64,000 nucleotides of DNA from Candidatus Heimdallarchaeota archaeon (GCA_048881705.1 JBHLSH010000001.1:96001-160000), one strand, 5' to 3'; numbered from the stretch's first letter, positions 18,039 to 28,227 are shown. Translations and numbers: made by a program. Notes: generated by a model from the sequence alone, not told the origin.

Positions 18039-19113
18039 TGCAATTCTTGTCATTTGCATTGTGGGTGCGTTGACTGTTCAATTAAGAGCGAATGGTCTTA
18101 TAAATCCCAATAAGCCTAAAATACAGCATATCTTTTCCGATGATTTCAAGTTTAATCAATCCAAGGCATTTGAACTTGTCAAAAAACAAGTAGATTTGGG
18201 ACCTCGTTATCCCGGGTCAACAGGGATTGAGAGGGTTCGACGACTAATTCGGACTGAATTCCTCAATCAACAGGACTGGAGCGTGAATTACCAAAATTTT
18301 TCGAAAATTTGGATTGATAATCGAAATATTACAATCGTTAATGTGATATGCACTCCAAAGGATTTCAATGATTCTGGGGAGCCTTTCATCTTATTGGCTC
18401 ATTATGACACGAGATTATGGGCTGATGCCGATCCTGATCCTCAAAAACGTACACTACCCGTTCCTGGAGCTAATGATGGGGCCTCTGGCGTAGCTGTAGG
18501 CTTGGAGATAGGCCGTGTCCTCGTTAAGTACAACATCACTAATTTTATGCTATTGTTCGTTGATGCGGAAGACCAGGGTAACATTGGAGGATGGGATTGG
18601 ATACTAGGAAGCACCCACTTCGTGGAATCGGAGGAATTCAGTCGATTTGATTTCTCGTTTGGTATCCTCCTTGACATGGTAGGAGCGAAAGGAGCGACAT
18701 TCCTACGAGAAAGAAACTCTGATACACATTCAAAAGACTTGGTTGATACAGTGTGGAGCACCGCGCATGTTTTGGGATATTCCGATTATTTTCTTAATGT
18801 CACGGGACGATCAATTAAGGATGATCACATTCCATTTTTGAACAAGGGAATTCCCGTAATAGATATTATCGATGATTTTTCAATCCGTTATAAATCGTGG
18901 CACACGACATCGGATGATCTGTCTCAAATAAGCCCTGTGACTCTTGGCGTTGTTGGTCAGACCTTGGAAGCGGTGTTAGTCCAAAATCTTAATGCAACAA
19001 GGTTTACTTACCAATCCCCCTTTCTAACGTTCGGTAGTGATATTCTGTTGGGAATGTCCATATTGATTACCCTGTTCAGCCTTAAAAAAGGAAGGAAATC
19101 TGATGAAAAATAA
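17971..19113 (+). CDS. Secreted, membrane-anchored M28 zinc peptidase / glutaminyl-cyclase-like protein (start uncertain)
   Basis: LAHYDTR, PGANDGASG, DAEDQG, LLDMVG, DDHIPF and WHT motifs. N-terminal signal-like segment and a C-terminal hydrophobic-plus-basic tail. Confidence 0.85.
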   Translation: MRLVKLWQIGNQQRKRLKKIPYSAILVICIVGALTVQLRANGLINPNKPKIQHIFSDDFKFNQSKAFELVKKQVDLGPRYPGSTGIERVRRLIRTEFLNQQDWSVNYQNFSKIWIDNRNITIVNVICTPKDFNDSGEPFILLAHYDTRLWADADPDPQKRTLPVPGANDGASGVAVGLEIGRVLVKYNITNFMLLFVDAEDQGNIGGWDWILGSTHFVESEEFSRFDFSFGILLDMVGAKGATFLRERNSDTHSKDLVDTVWSTAHVLGYSDYFLNVTGRSIKDDHIPFLNKGIPVIDIIDDFSIRYKSWHTTSDDLSQISPVTLGVVGQTLEAVLVQNLNATRFTYQSPFLTFGSDILLGMSILITLFSLKKGRKSDEK

Positions 19114-19316
19114 CCTCTAAAAGATTCTTCTTCCCTATTATAACTCCCATTGGTACCAAAAAGTTTATTTTGATAATAAAAATAAAATGAGGTCTTAATG
19201 TTCATGAAAAAATTCCTTATTCCCTTTTTAAAAGAAGAAAACGCAAAAAAATACCCTTGAGGAAGATTTCCATAAATTTGGAGTTTAAAAGTGAATTATT
19301 CAAATAATACTAGACA

Positions 19317-19958
19317 ATGAAAATCATGAAATCCCGACTGGGCACCTTTCTGCAAAAGAAGAATGAGGAACCCCAGATCAAAGAGCAACAATTGCCAGGT
19401 GACGAGACGTGGAAGAATGACCTAATCTCATTGTATTGCATCCGTAACCACGATGGGCTGTGTCTCTTTGCTCATCATTTTCAGGTTGCCCGAATTGCAC
19501 AGTTGCATGAACCACAGCTAATCGGTATGGGATTCACTGCAATAACCAGAATGCTTTGTGAGGTGGTTGATAGCAAAGGCCACCTAAGATATATTGACTT
19601 CATCACAAAAAAGGTTTTGGTTGAAGAAAACCAGCATCAGCAATTTCTGACCGTCCTTATCACAACGAGGGATACTCCAATCGTTAGGAAAAAACTCCGG
19701 AAGTTTACCGAGTGTTTTGCTCAAATATTCCAGCTTCAGCACCAAATAAATCTCAGGAAAAACTATATCTCAAAGGAGGATTATGCCCTAGCGTCTGAAT
19801 TCGTCGCCATTATATTTTCAAACAAATCAAATCGCGTTCTGAACCTTTTTCCATTGATTTTCGATTCCATACGAACGGAACAGCCAATTGGTGGGGAAGA
19901 AACCAAAATAGTGACATCATCTAATACGACGCCCGTGAATATCAAAAAGAATATTTAA
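19317..19958 (+). CDS. Longin-like domain protein
   Basis: LYCIRNHDGLCLFAHHF...QLIGMGFTAITRMLCEV...LRYIDF...KVLVEE...LTVLIT...LRKFTECF, the typical Asgard longin pattern. Confidence 0.7.
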   Translation: MKIMKSRLGTFLQKKNEEPQIKEQQLPGDETWKNDLISLYCIRNHDGLCLFAHHFQVARIAQLHEPQLIGMGFTAITRMLCEVVDSKGHLRYIDFITKKVLVEENQHQQFLTVLITTRDTPIVRKKLRKFTECFAQIFQLQHQINLRKNYISKEDYALASEFVAIIFSNKSNRVLNLFPLIFDSIRTEQPIGGEETKIVTSSNTTPVNIKKNI

Positions 19959-20209
19959 ATGGGGAGAAAGGTGTGGCCCAACTGTACAAAAAGGATGAGA
20001 ACCTTTTCTAGTGCAAAAAGAATAGATGTCATTTTCGACACTAGTTAAATAGATAATAGCCATTAAGTATTTATCAGAAACCCTATTTTTCCTGCATTAA
20101 AGAAGAACAGTGGAAATGGTGACATTTCCCCTAAAACACAGATGAAAAGCAGTATAATCTCTGATAAACAATGTAGCGTGCTAGGTATTCACTTGATGAA
20201 GGTTAAAAC

Positions 20210-20671
20210 ATGAATGCATCAAAGGAAAAAAATGATGGTATCACATTTCGTCCTCTAACCACAGCAGATATTGATGCCATGATCAAGGTTGATGAAAAAA
20301 TCGTCCAAAGAGCGCGATCGTCACTCTTTCGAGAAAAGTTGGAGGAACAGATTTCTAAGTACGGTGATGAATCAATGGGAGCGTTCAAGGGTAATCTGCT
20401 CATTGGTTACATTCTGGCGGAAACAAAGGTATATATCTATGGATCTGACGATCTTAGTGCTTGGATCACTCTTTTAGGGGTAGATCCCGACTACCAAGAC
20501 CGTGGAATAGGAACGGCTTTAACCCGAAGGATGATAGAATATTTTATTCAGAAAGGAGTCAAACAGATCAGAACAATCGCATATTGGAGCTGGGGAGATC
20601 TGGTGGAATTCTTTAATTCTGTTGGATTTAAGCTATCAGATTATCTTACCTTAGAGCTGAACATTGGATAA
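20210..20671 (+). CDS. GNAT family N-acetyltransferase
   Basis: FRPLTTADID...WITLLGVDPDYQDRGIGTAL acetyl-CoA binding motif. Confidence 0.92.
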   Translation: MNASKEKNDGITFRPLTTADIDAMIKVDEKIVQRARSSLFREKLEEQISKYGDESMGAFKGNLLIGYILAETKVYIYGSDDLSAWITLLGVDPDYQDRGIGTALTRRMIEYFIQKGVKQIRTIAYWSWGDLVEFFNSVGFKLSDYLTLELNIG

Positions 20672-20693
20672 ACTAGCTAGGATAGAAACGAAC

Positions 20694-20873
20694 ATGGAAG
20701 AATTTAATCCACGACAGAGCAAATTTGAAGTATTCGGGGAAGAAATGCTGGAAAAAGTAGTAAAAAAGAGCGGAAATAGTGGCCGTGTTTATCTACCTCC
20801 CCATTGGATTGGGTGCCGTGTAAAAATAATTAGAATGGATCCGATTACTAGACAACGCGGATCAGAAGATTGA
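20694..20873 (+). CDS. DUF2080 family small protein (AbrB-like)
   Basis: KFEVFGEEMLEKVVKKSGNSGRVYLPPHWIGCRVKIIR is the characteristic DUF2080 pattern. Confidence 0.8.
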   Translation: MEEFNPRQSKFEVFGEEMLEKVVKKSGNSGRVYLPPHWIGCRVKIIRMDPITRQRGSED

Positions 20874-20904
20874 AATCTTGCTATTGAGATGAATTAGTGT
20901 CTGA

Positions 20905-22164
20905 TTAGGATTTTTCTGAGTCAGGTGGCTGCGGCTTCAGTTTGATTTTTTTCTTTTGAAGCAAGGCGGTTGCGTTGTCCCGTAGTTCTGAAACCATGAT
21001 TCCTGCTTCACGATATAGAACATTGATATCTTCCAGATCGAAAAACAGATCATCAGCGAGCCATTTATGTTTTCGGAATTCGTATAACGAAATACTGGCA
21101 ATTTGGGACTCAACTGATGGGATCTGCCGCTGTATTGTTTCAGAAAGTTTCTTCTTGGAGATCGATCGCAGCTGTTGAAAAGTCTCCTCGATAAATACTT
21201 TACACGCGAGGAGATTCATCCTGATTTTGGCCAATTCCTCCTTGCAGTTAGCAAGAATAGGCGCCTTAATCTCCATCACCTTCTTTGCTATGAGTTCATT
21301 ATCTACATTGAACAAATAATCTTGGAGATACTGGATTAGTAAAGGCCTGTCATCTTTCGCTGCGCTCTCCACCTCAGACAGGATAAGGTTGACAGGCAAT
21401 TTTACCAGTGCAGCAATAACCTTGCTTTGGACATCTACATCACTATCCTTAGATGCACTCAGAAGAGGGAGAACGCTGTCACCATCTTGTATTTTACCAA
21501 GGGCTTCTGCGGCATTAGCACGAGTCTCTTTGTCTGGGTCTCGCAGTCTTGAAATTAATACTGGAGTGGCCTGAGAGTTTTTAAGCTCTCCAAGGCTCCA
21601 AACCATGGCACGCTTTGCGTATTCATCCTTTTCGTTGTTTAATGCGCTTATAAGGGGATCTACCGATTGTTTCAATTGAAGAATGCCTAAAGTTCGGGCA
21701 GCATTCTCACGAATTTCTGATGTTTCTTGATCTTGTAGTACATTTATCAAATCTGGCCCCGCTTCAGAGGCGGCAGCACCCATTACTCCCAGCTGCTTTG
21801 CAACCATGGCACGAAAGTCAGGATCTTGATCACTTCTTAGGTAATTGACTAATGGTCTAACCGAACTAGGATTAGCAATTTCGCCAAGGGCTTCGACCGC
21901 GCCAAATCTCACTGTCCAAAAATCTATCGAAGGATCGAGCGCGTTGAGGATTTTAGGGATAGCCATTTGTGGATTGTTCTTTCCAAGAATTATGAGTTGA
22001 TGTATCGCAGATGACCGTATTAAGAGTTGTTGACTCTCCAATGCTCTAAGCATCACATCACAAAGTGCATCATCTGGCAATTCCTGATCATCCGGGATCT
22101 GCATTATTCTACGCAAGGCAGGATCCATTGTACCTTTGTCATCTGGATTCATTATCCTAACCAC
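20905..22164 (-). CDS. HEAT (PBS-lyase-type) repeat protein with a helical C-terminus
   Basis: Repeated VRxxAxxALG...V.PL...L.D units (VRFGAVEALG, IRENAARTLG, TRANAAEALG). Confidence 0.88.
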   Translation of the reverse strand: MVRIMNPDDKGTMDPALRRIMQIPDDQELPDDALCDVMLRALESQQLLIRSSAIHQLIILGKNNPQMAIPKILNALDPSIDFWTVRFGAVEALGEIANPSSVRPLVNYLRSDQDPDFRAMVAKQLGVMGAAASEAGPDLINVLQDQETSEIRENAARTLGILQLKQSVDPLISALNNEKDEYAKRAMVWSLGELKNSQATPVLISRLRDPDKETRANAAEALGKIQDGDSVLPLLSASKDSDVDVQSKVIAALVKLPVNLILSEVESAAKDDRPLLIQYLQDYLFNVDNELIAKKVMEIKAPILANCKEELAKIRMNLLACKVFIEETFQQLRSISKKKLSETIQRQIPSVESQIASISLYEFRKHKWLADDLFFDLEDINVLYREAGIMVSELRDNATALLQKKKIKLKPQPPDSEKS

Positions 22165-22290
22165 ATAGCTCTGTTCTGTTTCGTAATCTGAGGAAATTTT
22201 ATCTAATTAGATAAGATACGTTCATCCTTGCCTTAACGTAAAATCAGGCCAAAAAACCAGCGAAACTACTTCATAAGTTAAACTCCATAA

Positions 22291-22782
22291 TTACCCAATA
22301 CGGATCTCTACTGTCTGTTGTTTTGTACGGATTCTAGAAGAGAGAAACCGACCTTCCGCAGAGGATAGTTCCAGCATCAGCGGATTATTGGACCAGGAAC
22401 AACGAATGGAGGCTCCCTCAAAGGAACGGTCTGAAAATTCGGGGTTACCCCTCATAGTTTGGGGATTCTGAAATTCAAGTGAACCGCCTTCCCCTTTTTT
22501 GATTTTGAGATGAAAAACTGATAATGCGATTCCCCTACGCATCATAGAAGAAACATTCTCCTCAATTTCAATCGATTTATTATCGGAATGCCACGAAATT
22601 CGAGCCCGAATCCGACGTGGCTCAGGCTGTTCTATACTGATGAATTTCATCCCCGTGATAAAGAAACCAGTCCGATCTCGTCCACCATCATCATCTTTGA
22701 GGCCCTTCACATTCAGATGACTTTCATTTGGTTCTATGATTGGATAAATTTCGATTTTCTTTACTTCATCGATTTGAGTCAT
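22291..22782 (-). CDS. Hypothetical beta-rich protein
   Basis: 163-aa ORF co-oriented with and 15 nt from the upstream aminotransferase. Confidence 0.65.
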   Translation of the reverse strand: MTQIDEVKKIEIYPIIEPNESHLNVKGLKDDDGGRDRTGFFITGMKFISIEQPEPRRIRARISWHSDNKSIEIEENVSSMMRRGIALSVFHLKIKKGEGGSLEFQNPQTMRGNPEFSDRSFEGASIRCSWSNNPLMLELSSAEGRFLSSRIRTKQQTVEIRIG

Positions 22783-22797
22783 TTAAGACCTCCACTA

Positions 22798-23979
22798 TCA
22801 TTTAATTTTCTGAACAAAGGCTTCAACATGATCCAACGCTTCTTCCATTATTTCAATACGAGGGAGTACGACTGATCGGAAATGCTTTACACCCAATTCT
22901 CCGAAACCACTCCCAAAGACGAAAAGAACCCCAGTAGAACGAAGAAGTTCCAGGACAAACTTTTGATCATTAATATCTTTTTCAATTCTCGGAAATGCAT
23001 AAAATGCACCTTTAGGGGGAGATACAGAAAGGCCGTCGATGTCATTAATCCTTTTTGTGAAATAATCTGATCTTTGTTTAATTTTCTCTATAAAGCCAGG
23101 AATATGGCTCATTTCCCGATTTAGAACCTTACTAACCGCTACTTGCATCGGTGTGCTCGCACAAAGCCTAATTCTCGATTGTTTTGCCAGCAATTCCCAA
23201 AATTCCTCGAATTGAGCTTGATCATCCCGTAGGGTCATCCAACCCAGCCGCCATCCGGGTGATAGAAGGGTTTTTGAAATACCATTCAATTCAAGGACGG
23301 GAATCTCGGTCAAAGACGCTACAGAGCGAAACGAGTTGTCAAATGTGAGAAGATCATAAATCTCATCTGATAAAATTAATAAATTGTGTTCTCCAGCTAA
23401 ATCGGCCATCTGTTTAATGACCTTAGAGGAATAGACCGCGCCCGTAGGGTTATTTGGATTGATAATAAGAATAGCTTGAGTTTTTTCATTTATTTTCTTA
23501 GCAATATCATCCACATCGGGTTGCCATCCTTCAATTTCTCGTGTATAGTATTGGATTGGCACAACATTGTAGAAACGAAAATAGGATAAGTACGAGGGAT
23601 ACAGAGGGGAGGGGACCAATACTTCTGTTCCAGGTGCCAAACTGGCAGCAACAAATGAAATCGCTTCAGACACTCCTGTGGTCACTAGCACGTGGTCGGT
23701 GTCTAATGACGTCCCCCAGAGTCGTTTTTGTCGCAAGACGATTTCCTGTCTCAATCTAGGATCTCCCGCAGAGTCACTATAGTAATTTGCATTATCTTCC
23801 TGAACTGCGCGAACTAGAGCCTCTTTCAAGAAATCAGGGGTATCAAAGTCAAATTTGTTCGGATCGCCAATATTGAAATAGTATAACTTTATGCCTGATT
23901 GTCTCTCAACCTGTTTAGCAGAAATCACAATATCCCGAATCGCATACTTAATATTGGAAGCATTAGGTGAGAGTTTCAA
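22798..23979 (-). CDS. PLP-dependent aminotransferase class I/II (AlaA/alanine aminotransferase-like)
   Basis: IKYAIRDI, FNIGDP, INPNNPTGAVYS, SDEIYD and GISKTLLSPGWRLGW motifs. Confidence 0.92.
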   Translation of the reverse strand: MKLSPNASNIKYAIRDIVISAKQVERQSGIKLYYFNIGDPNKFDFDTPDFLKEALVRAVQEDNANYYSDSAGDPRLRQEIVLRQKRLWGTSLDTDHVLVTTGVSEAISFVAASLAPGTEVLVPSPLYPSYLSYFRFYNVVPIQYYTREIEGWQPDVDDIAKKINEKTQAILIINPNNPTGAVYSSKVIKQMADLAGEHNLLILSDEIYDLLTFDNSFRSVASLTEIPVLELNGISKTLLSPGWRLGWMTLRDDQAQFEEFWELLAKQSRIRLCASTPMQVAVSKVLNREMSHIPGFIEKIKQRSDYFTKRINDIDGLSVSPPKGAFYAFPRIEKDINDQKFVLELLRSTGVLFVFGSGFGELGVKHFRSVVLPRIEIMEEALDHVEAFVQKIK

Positions 23980-24189
23980 GAAAAGATCTTCCTGAATTGG
24001 TTATTAGAGAAAGAATACGTCGTACGTTCTCGTTCTGAAAATTTAGGCTTCTTTCTTAAAAATTTAGTCTAAATAGATAAAACAACTTTGACAGCATTGC
24101 CGGTTTTTTTAGCCATAAATACAAAACAATTTTTAGGAGAGCCTCAGAAATCATAGAAATGTCTATTCTTATTGAAAAAGGTGTAAAGT

Positions 24190-24882
24190 TTGGCAGCAAC
24201 AGATGTCGCATCTTTATCTGTTCTCATCTCCTCTCTAGTTGACCTCGGCGCAAAAATTTGCGTTCTTTCGGATATAAACGGATTACCAATCGTTACCCGC
24301 TCACGTATTGAGACCGAAGATGCGGAAATCGCTCTCAGCGCGTTGAGCAGCCTCGTGGTCTCAACAGGGGATACTATTGCTCGAGAATTGGATGGGAGTT
24401 TTGTCAATATGACTGTAAGAACATCTGGTGGTCTTTTGCTATCTAGCGTTATCGATGCAGACCCAAAAGTTATGTTGACGGCCATAGTCGATGAGAATCT
24501 TGAGACCACAATTATTCACGAGATGCAGCGCCTTCATCCAATTATCTCCAATGCCATTGAAGGAATTGCCATCGAAATCAAGGAGAGGGAAAAGTTGCAA
24601 CGTCCTGATGAGAGAAAGATTAATGCTTTTTTCGAATCTTTTACTGATAAGATCGAACAGGCGAACCAACCAGCCATTCTAGCAGGCATCATTCGGGCTC
24701 AGAAGGAAAACTTGTTCACATTGGTGAATTCGGGGACAATCTCTTATGAAATGAATAGATTCGCCCTAAAATTAGAAAAATTGGTTCGTAACAAACAAAT
24801 TGATCCCGAAAGTGTCTTAAATATCAAGCAGGCTATTAAAATGGCTATTAATGATTGGAAAAAACGACTAATGCCTGAATGA
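24190..24882 (+). CDS. Roadblock/LC7 domain plus C-terminal helical bundle
   Basis: ICVLSDINGLPIV...ALSALSSLVVSTGDTIARELDG...MTVRTSGGLLL, followed by about 100 aa of helical sequence. Confidence 0.8.
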   Translation: MAATDVASLSVLISSLVDLGAKICVLSDINGLPIVTRSRIETEDAEIALSALSSLVVSTGDTIARELDGSFVNMTVRTSGGLLLSSVIDADPKVMLTAIVDENLETTIIHEMQRLHPIISNAIEGIAIEIKEREKLQRPDERKINAFFESFTDKIEQANQPAILAGIIRAQKENLFTLVNSGTISYEMNRFALKLEKLVRNKQIDPESVLNIKQAIKMAINDWKKRLMPE

Positions 24883-25564
24883 TCTTCAAGATCATGTAAA
24901 AGAAAAAAAAAGCGTAAAAATCTGTGAATCACACGATTTTTGTTATGAGCCCTGAGTATTGAAAGCCACTTTTTGATTCACTTCTAGACCATTCGAATGT
25001 CTGGGGAAGTCAACTATTTACATATCAAGGTACGCAACACTTCATCAACTCGTCTCAACCAAGCTAGCGCGGTGAAACGTAAGTGGGAAGTCGATGAACA
25101 GAACAGTATGTACGGCTCTATTTTCGCAAAAAACCGGATGTTTTATATCTAAAAGCTTATATAATTCTGGTGAATAAAACTATACACGGAAAGGAAAGGC
25201 TTAATGCCTGGAATCTAGTATGATTACTGCACCAGCCTTTTCTTTCACCTTTTCTCCATTTTTCATCGGAAAAGGGGACGAGTGAGGCGGTATAGGCCAA
25301 TAAGAAGTGAAAGGATTTAATATCACCATTTACATTCAGATAGCTTTCGCTCCCGAAGTTTACGGATGGCCTATAACGGGCCATTGAATATAGGAACACC
25401 GCTAGAATTAGATCTAGAACATAGAACATATTCTTGTCTAAAAACCTAAACTGAACCTTTCTGCTCTCCCCTGGACATTAACCTCCCATAAAGGTATGAA
25501 GATATTATAGATTGCCCAATTAAAACAGAATATGGAAATATATGCAGTTTATTCTTTTTTATCA

Positions 25565-26281
25565 TTATTTTGCGGAAAATCCTTGGACAAAGTTCATTAT
25601 CGTATCTGCATTACCTGGTGGTTCAATCTGGGTGGCGCAATTTGGACAAATTGAGTAATCCAAACTTGTTGATTTACCCCAATAAGAGATTTTGTAGGAA
25701 CCCTGCCAATAGGTACCCCCGCAATCACATTCTAAATCCGAATTTTCTGTAAAACTTGTTTCCATCTGTCGTATTTGGCTAATGGCCTTCCTCATGTAAA
25801 TCGTGGGGTTTCCAATGCGATGTAGTGGTTCAGCCTCAAATCTAGTCTCTAAAAAGGTTATTTTTGTTACTTCAGGGTATTTGGGCTCAAAATTTTCCTG
25901 GAGTAAAGTTGGAGCTAAAATTCCAGTTGAAACAAAAATGAAATGGATATTTTTTAGTCCTGCAGCCTGAATTCCATCCAAACCTTCCTTTAAAGACATG
26001 TCTCCAGGAAAATGGGCAATTAGTTCATCGGATTCCACCGATTTTACTAGGGTCACCCTGCTTTCGGAATCTAAGGTAAGAATATCAGCTACTACTCCAT
26101 CGATAAGTGGCAATAACGATTTTATATCGCTCCGCCCAGCTAAAGGCCCAGAAGTCCGCGATAACACATGGTGTGCTATCCTATGGCCATTGGATTTCAA
26201 CCAATCAATAATAATGCGTAGATACAAGAATCGCTTGTGATCCTCGGGCGAAATTCGGGAACCATTCATCCTCTTTGTCAC
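25565..26281 (-). CDS. Hypothetical protein with a C-terminal zinc ribbon; N-terminus weakly PD-(D/E)XK-like
   Basis: WLKSNGH...ADILTLD...VTLVK pattern; CDCGG...CPNC. Confidence 0.6.
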   Translation of the reverse strand: MTKRMNGSRISPEDHKRFLYLRIIIDWLKSNGHRIAHHVLSRTSGPLAGRSDIKSLLPLIDGVVADILTLDSESRVTLVKSVESDELIAHFPGDMSLKEGLDGIQAAGLKNIHFIFVSTGILAPTLLQENFEPKYPEVTKITFLETRFEAEPLHRIGNPTIYMRKAISQIRQMETSFTENSDLECDCGGTYWQGSYKISYWGKSTSLDYSICPNCATQIEPPGNADTIMNFVQGFSAK

Positions 26282-26359
26282 CTTCTGTACCTTTAAAGAA
26301 CGTTAAGAAGATTAATGGGATCCATATTAATATTGGTTTGTGTTTCAAATTGAAACCGG

Positions 26360-27538
26360 GTGAAAAATGTGACCAGCCGAAAACGTGTCTTATGTGTAGG
26401 CCGTGAAGTTGGCCCGTTAGGACACCTTCTGAAAGAAACCGTTCCCAACCTCCAAATAGGTGCAATAGATGTCTTAGGTAACATAGACACACGACAATAT
26501 GTTGATTGGGCTTTTTCGGTAGAAAAACAGGTGGCTGATCAATCCATATATCGACCCAAACGCCGAAGTCTCGAGGAACTCCTCTTTGAACTTACTCAGG
26601 TAATGTTGGAAGAAATATCCTTTGATTTAGTTATTCCGTCTTCCCCCTTCCAAACCAAACTGGATTATTTGAAGAAAATTTCGGAGCAAACAGAAGTTTC
26701 AATGCCTGAGGTATCTACACTAGAAAAGGTAACGACTGCCTTCCATTTCGTCACCAATCTTGAAGATTGTTGCCCTTCGTTTCTTCGTGCCTTGAAGAAT
26801 AAGATTTTGATCTCCGAAATAGTAAATGATGATCTCCCTGGCATATTAATTACAGAGAAGGGGAATTTCGTTCTGAAGACTCCATCATATTTGAATACCA
26901 TCAGTTCTCAAAAGTTAGAAGGATTCTATGCACGTACCTCAAACATTCATGTCGCATTCTTTTTGGACTCAGGCCATCAAAGCCAGTTCTGGGGGGTACA
27001 AACCGTTGCTCCCCCATATCATCACCCGATTTTTCCAAATTTCCTAGAGCGAAACAGCCTTATTCCCTATTCAGCTTCAGAAACATCCCCTATATTAGAA
27101 GTCAAACAGTTTGGTCAGGAACTAATTAACAACCTAGATCTCTCAGGTATGATCACACTTTACTTCTGTAAAACCGATCAGCAACTCGTACCCCTCTCTT
27201 GTAGTTTACTCCCAGATGAGAATCTAAGGTTGTGGGGCCGAAATCACCCCAATCTAGTTGTTAAATTTTTGATGACGCCTTCACGTGAATCCAATCCAAT
27301 CTCCCCTCCTAATGATTTTGTTTATCGAATTCCAATTTATTCAAGGTTCCCGCTAAAAGTTCCCTCTTTTCCTGAAGGTGCCTGCAGTCAGAAAAACCTT
27401 GCAAATAGCCTTTCTCACCACGAATACCCCATCTGCGTAATAACAGGGACTGGCGAAACAAAAAATAGCGCAGAAGAACGCCAAATGAAAGAACTCACTG
27501 AGATAACTCGATATTTTGAACTATATGGCCAAGAATAA
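26360..27538 (+). CDS. Divergent ATP-grasp-like protein (COG2232-type N-terminus)
   Basis: RVLCVG...AIDVLGNIDT...DLVIPSSPF resembles the AxDxFGDxD...DxxxxGSGFE N-terminus of COG2232. The core ATP-binding motifs look eroded. Confidence 0.55.
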   Translation: MKNVTSRKRVLCVGREVGPLGHLLKETVPNLQIGAIDVLGNIDTRQYVDWAFSVEKQVADQSIYRPKRRSLEELLFELTQVMLEEISFDLVIPSSPFQTKLDYLKKISEQTEVSMPEVSTLEKVTTAFHFVTNLEDCCPSFLRALKNKILISEIVNDDLPGILITEKGNFVLKTPSYLNTISSQKLEGFYARTSNIHVAFFLDSGHQSQFWGVQTVAPPYHHPIFPNFLERNSLIPYSASETSPILEVKQFGQELINNLDLSGMITLYFCKTDQQLVPLSCSLLPDENLRLWGRNHPNLVVKFLMTPSRESNPISPPNDFVYRIPIYSRFPLKVPSFPEGACSQKNLANSLSHHEYPICVITGTGETKNSAEERQMKELTEITRYFELYGQE

Positions 27539-27780
27539 AAATCCCGACCCTTAAGCGATATCATCATTCCTCCGATATTCAGGTCCGAATTTTATTTTAA
27601 AGCATTAAGACAGACTTTAAGAGTGTGTTTTCAAGTTAAAGCCTAGCTAATGTCTCGATGCGTTCGATAGTTCTGATATTAGTATATATTACTCGCCCAA
27701 AATCATCACATAAAAGAAAACCTTTAAGAGAAAGTCCTTAACATAGGCTTTTAGTGATTCTAGTGTCGAGTACGGGTGAA

Positions 27781-28176
27781 ATGGCTCAAACGATCGCTCA
27801 AGATGCATTCAGAAAATGCCCTGCCTCCTTAGTGTTCAAAATTCGTGGAGGTAAAGGGAGTGTACTTGCCACGGTCTCAAATCTTTCTGAATTAATATCT
27901 ACATTACACGAAATCCCTCCCACGATTGTACATTTCCATGTCTTCCGGGAAACAATGTCGGGCCTGTTTGATGAACAATTAAATGGCCCTGTTGTAAGGT
28001 CAGACATCGCATTGTGGATAAACTACGTTCTGGGAGATGACGAGCTGTCACGAAGAGTGTGGGAAATTGGAAAACGTGAAAAAAACCCACGAGAATTAAA
28101 GAAAAAAGTGATTGAAACACTTAAGGAGCGCGAAAAAGAGCTTAGGATGGTATTGGAGAGATCTGTACGAAGATGA
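27781..28176 (+). CDS. DUF5752-like small protein
   Basis: SNLSELISTLHEIPPTIVHFH...DIALWINYVLGDDELS pattern. Confidence 0.6.
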   Translation: MAQTIAQDAFRKCPASLVFKIRGGKGSVLATVSNLSELISTLHEIPPTIVHFHVFRETMSGLFDEQLNGPVVRSDIALWINYVLGDDELSRRVWEIGKREKNPRELKKKVIETLKEREKELRMVLERSVRR

Positions 28177-28227
28177 GGGGATGGATGTTAAGAATCTTGG
28201 TTATCAAGCGACTCTAACATCATTTAT

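Noticed and set aside
20694-20873. Mobile element implied by the 'transposase-associated' label of DUF2080
   Set aside because: No transposase, terminal inverted repeats or target duplication nearby.
20905-22164. HEAT-repeat protein as a eukaryotic coat or karyopherin homolog
   Set aside because: The repeats are of the common prokaryotic PBS-lyase type.
24997-25152. 51-aa small ORF (MSGEVNYLHIKV...) in the 24883-25564 gap
   Set aside because: No Shine-Dalgarno, motif or similarity I can recognise; indistinguishable from a chance ORF.
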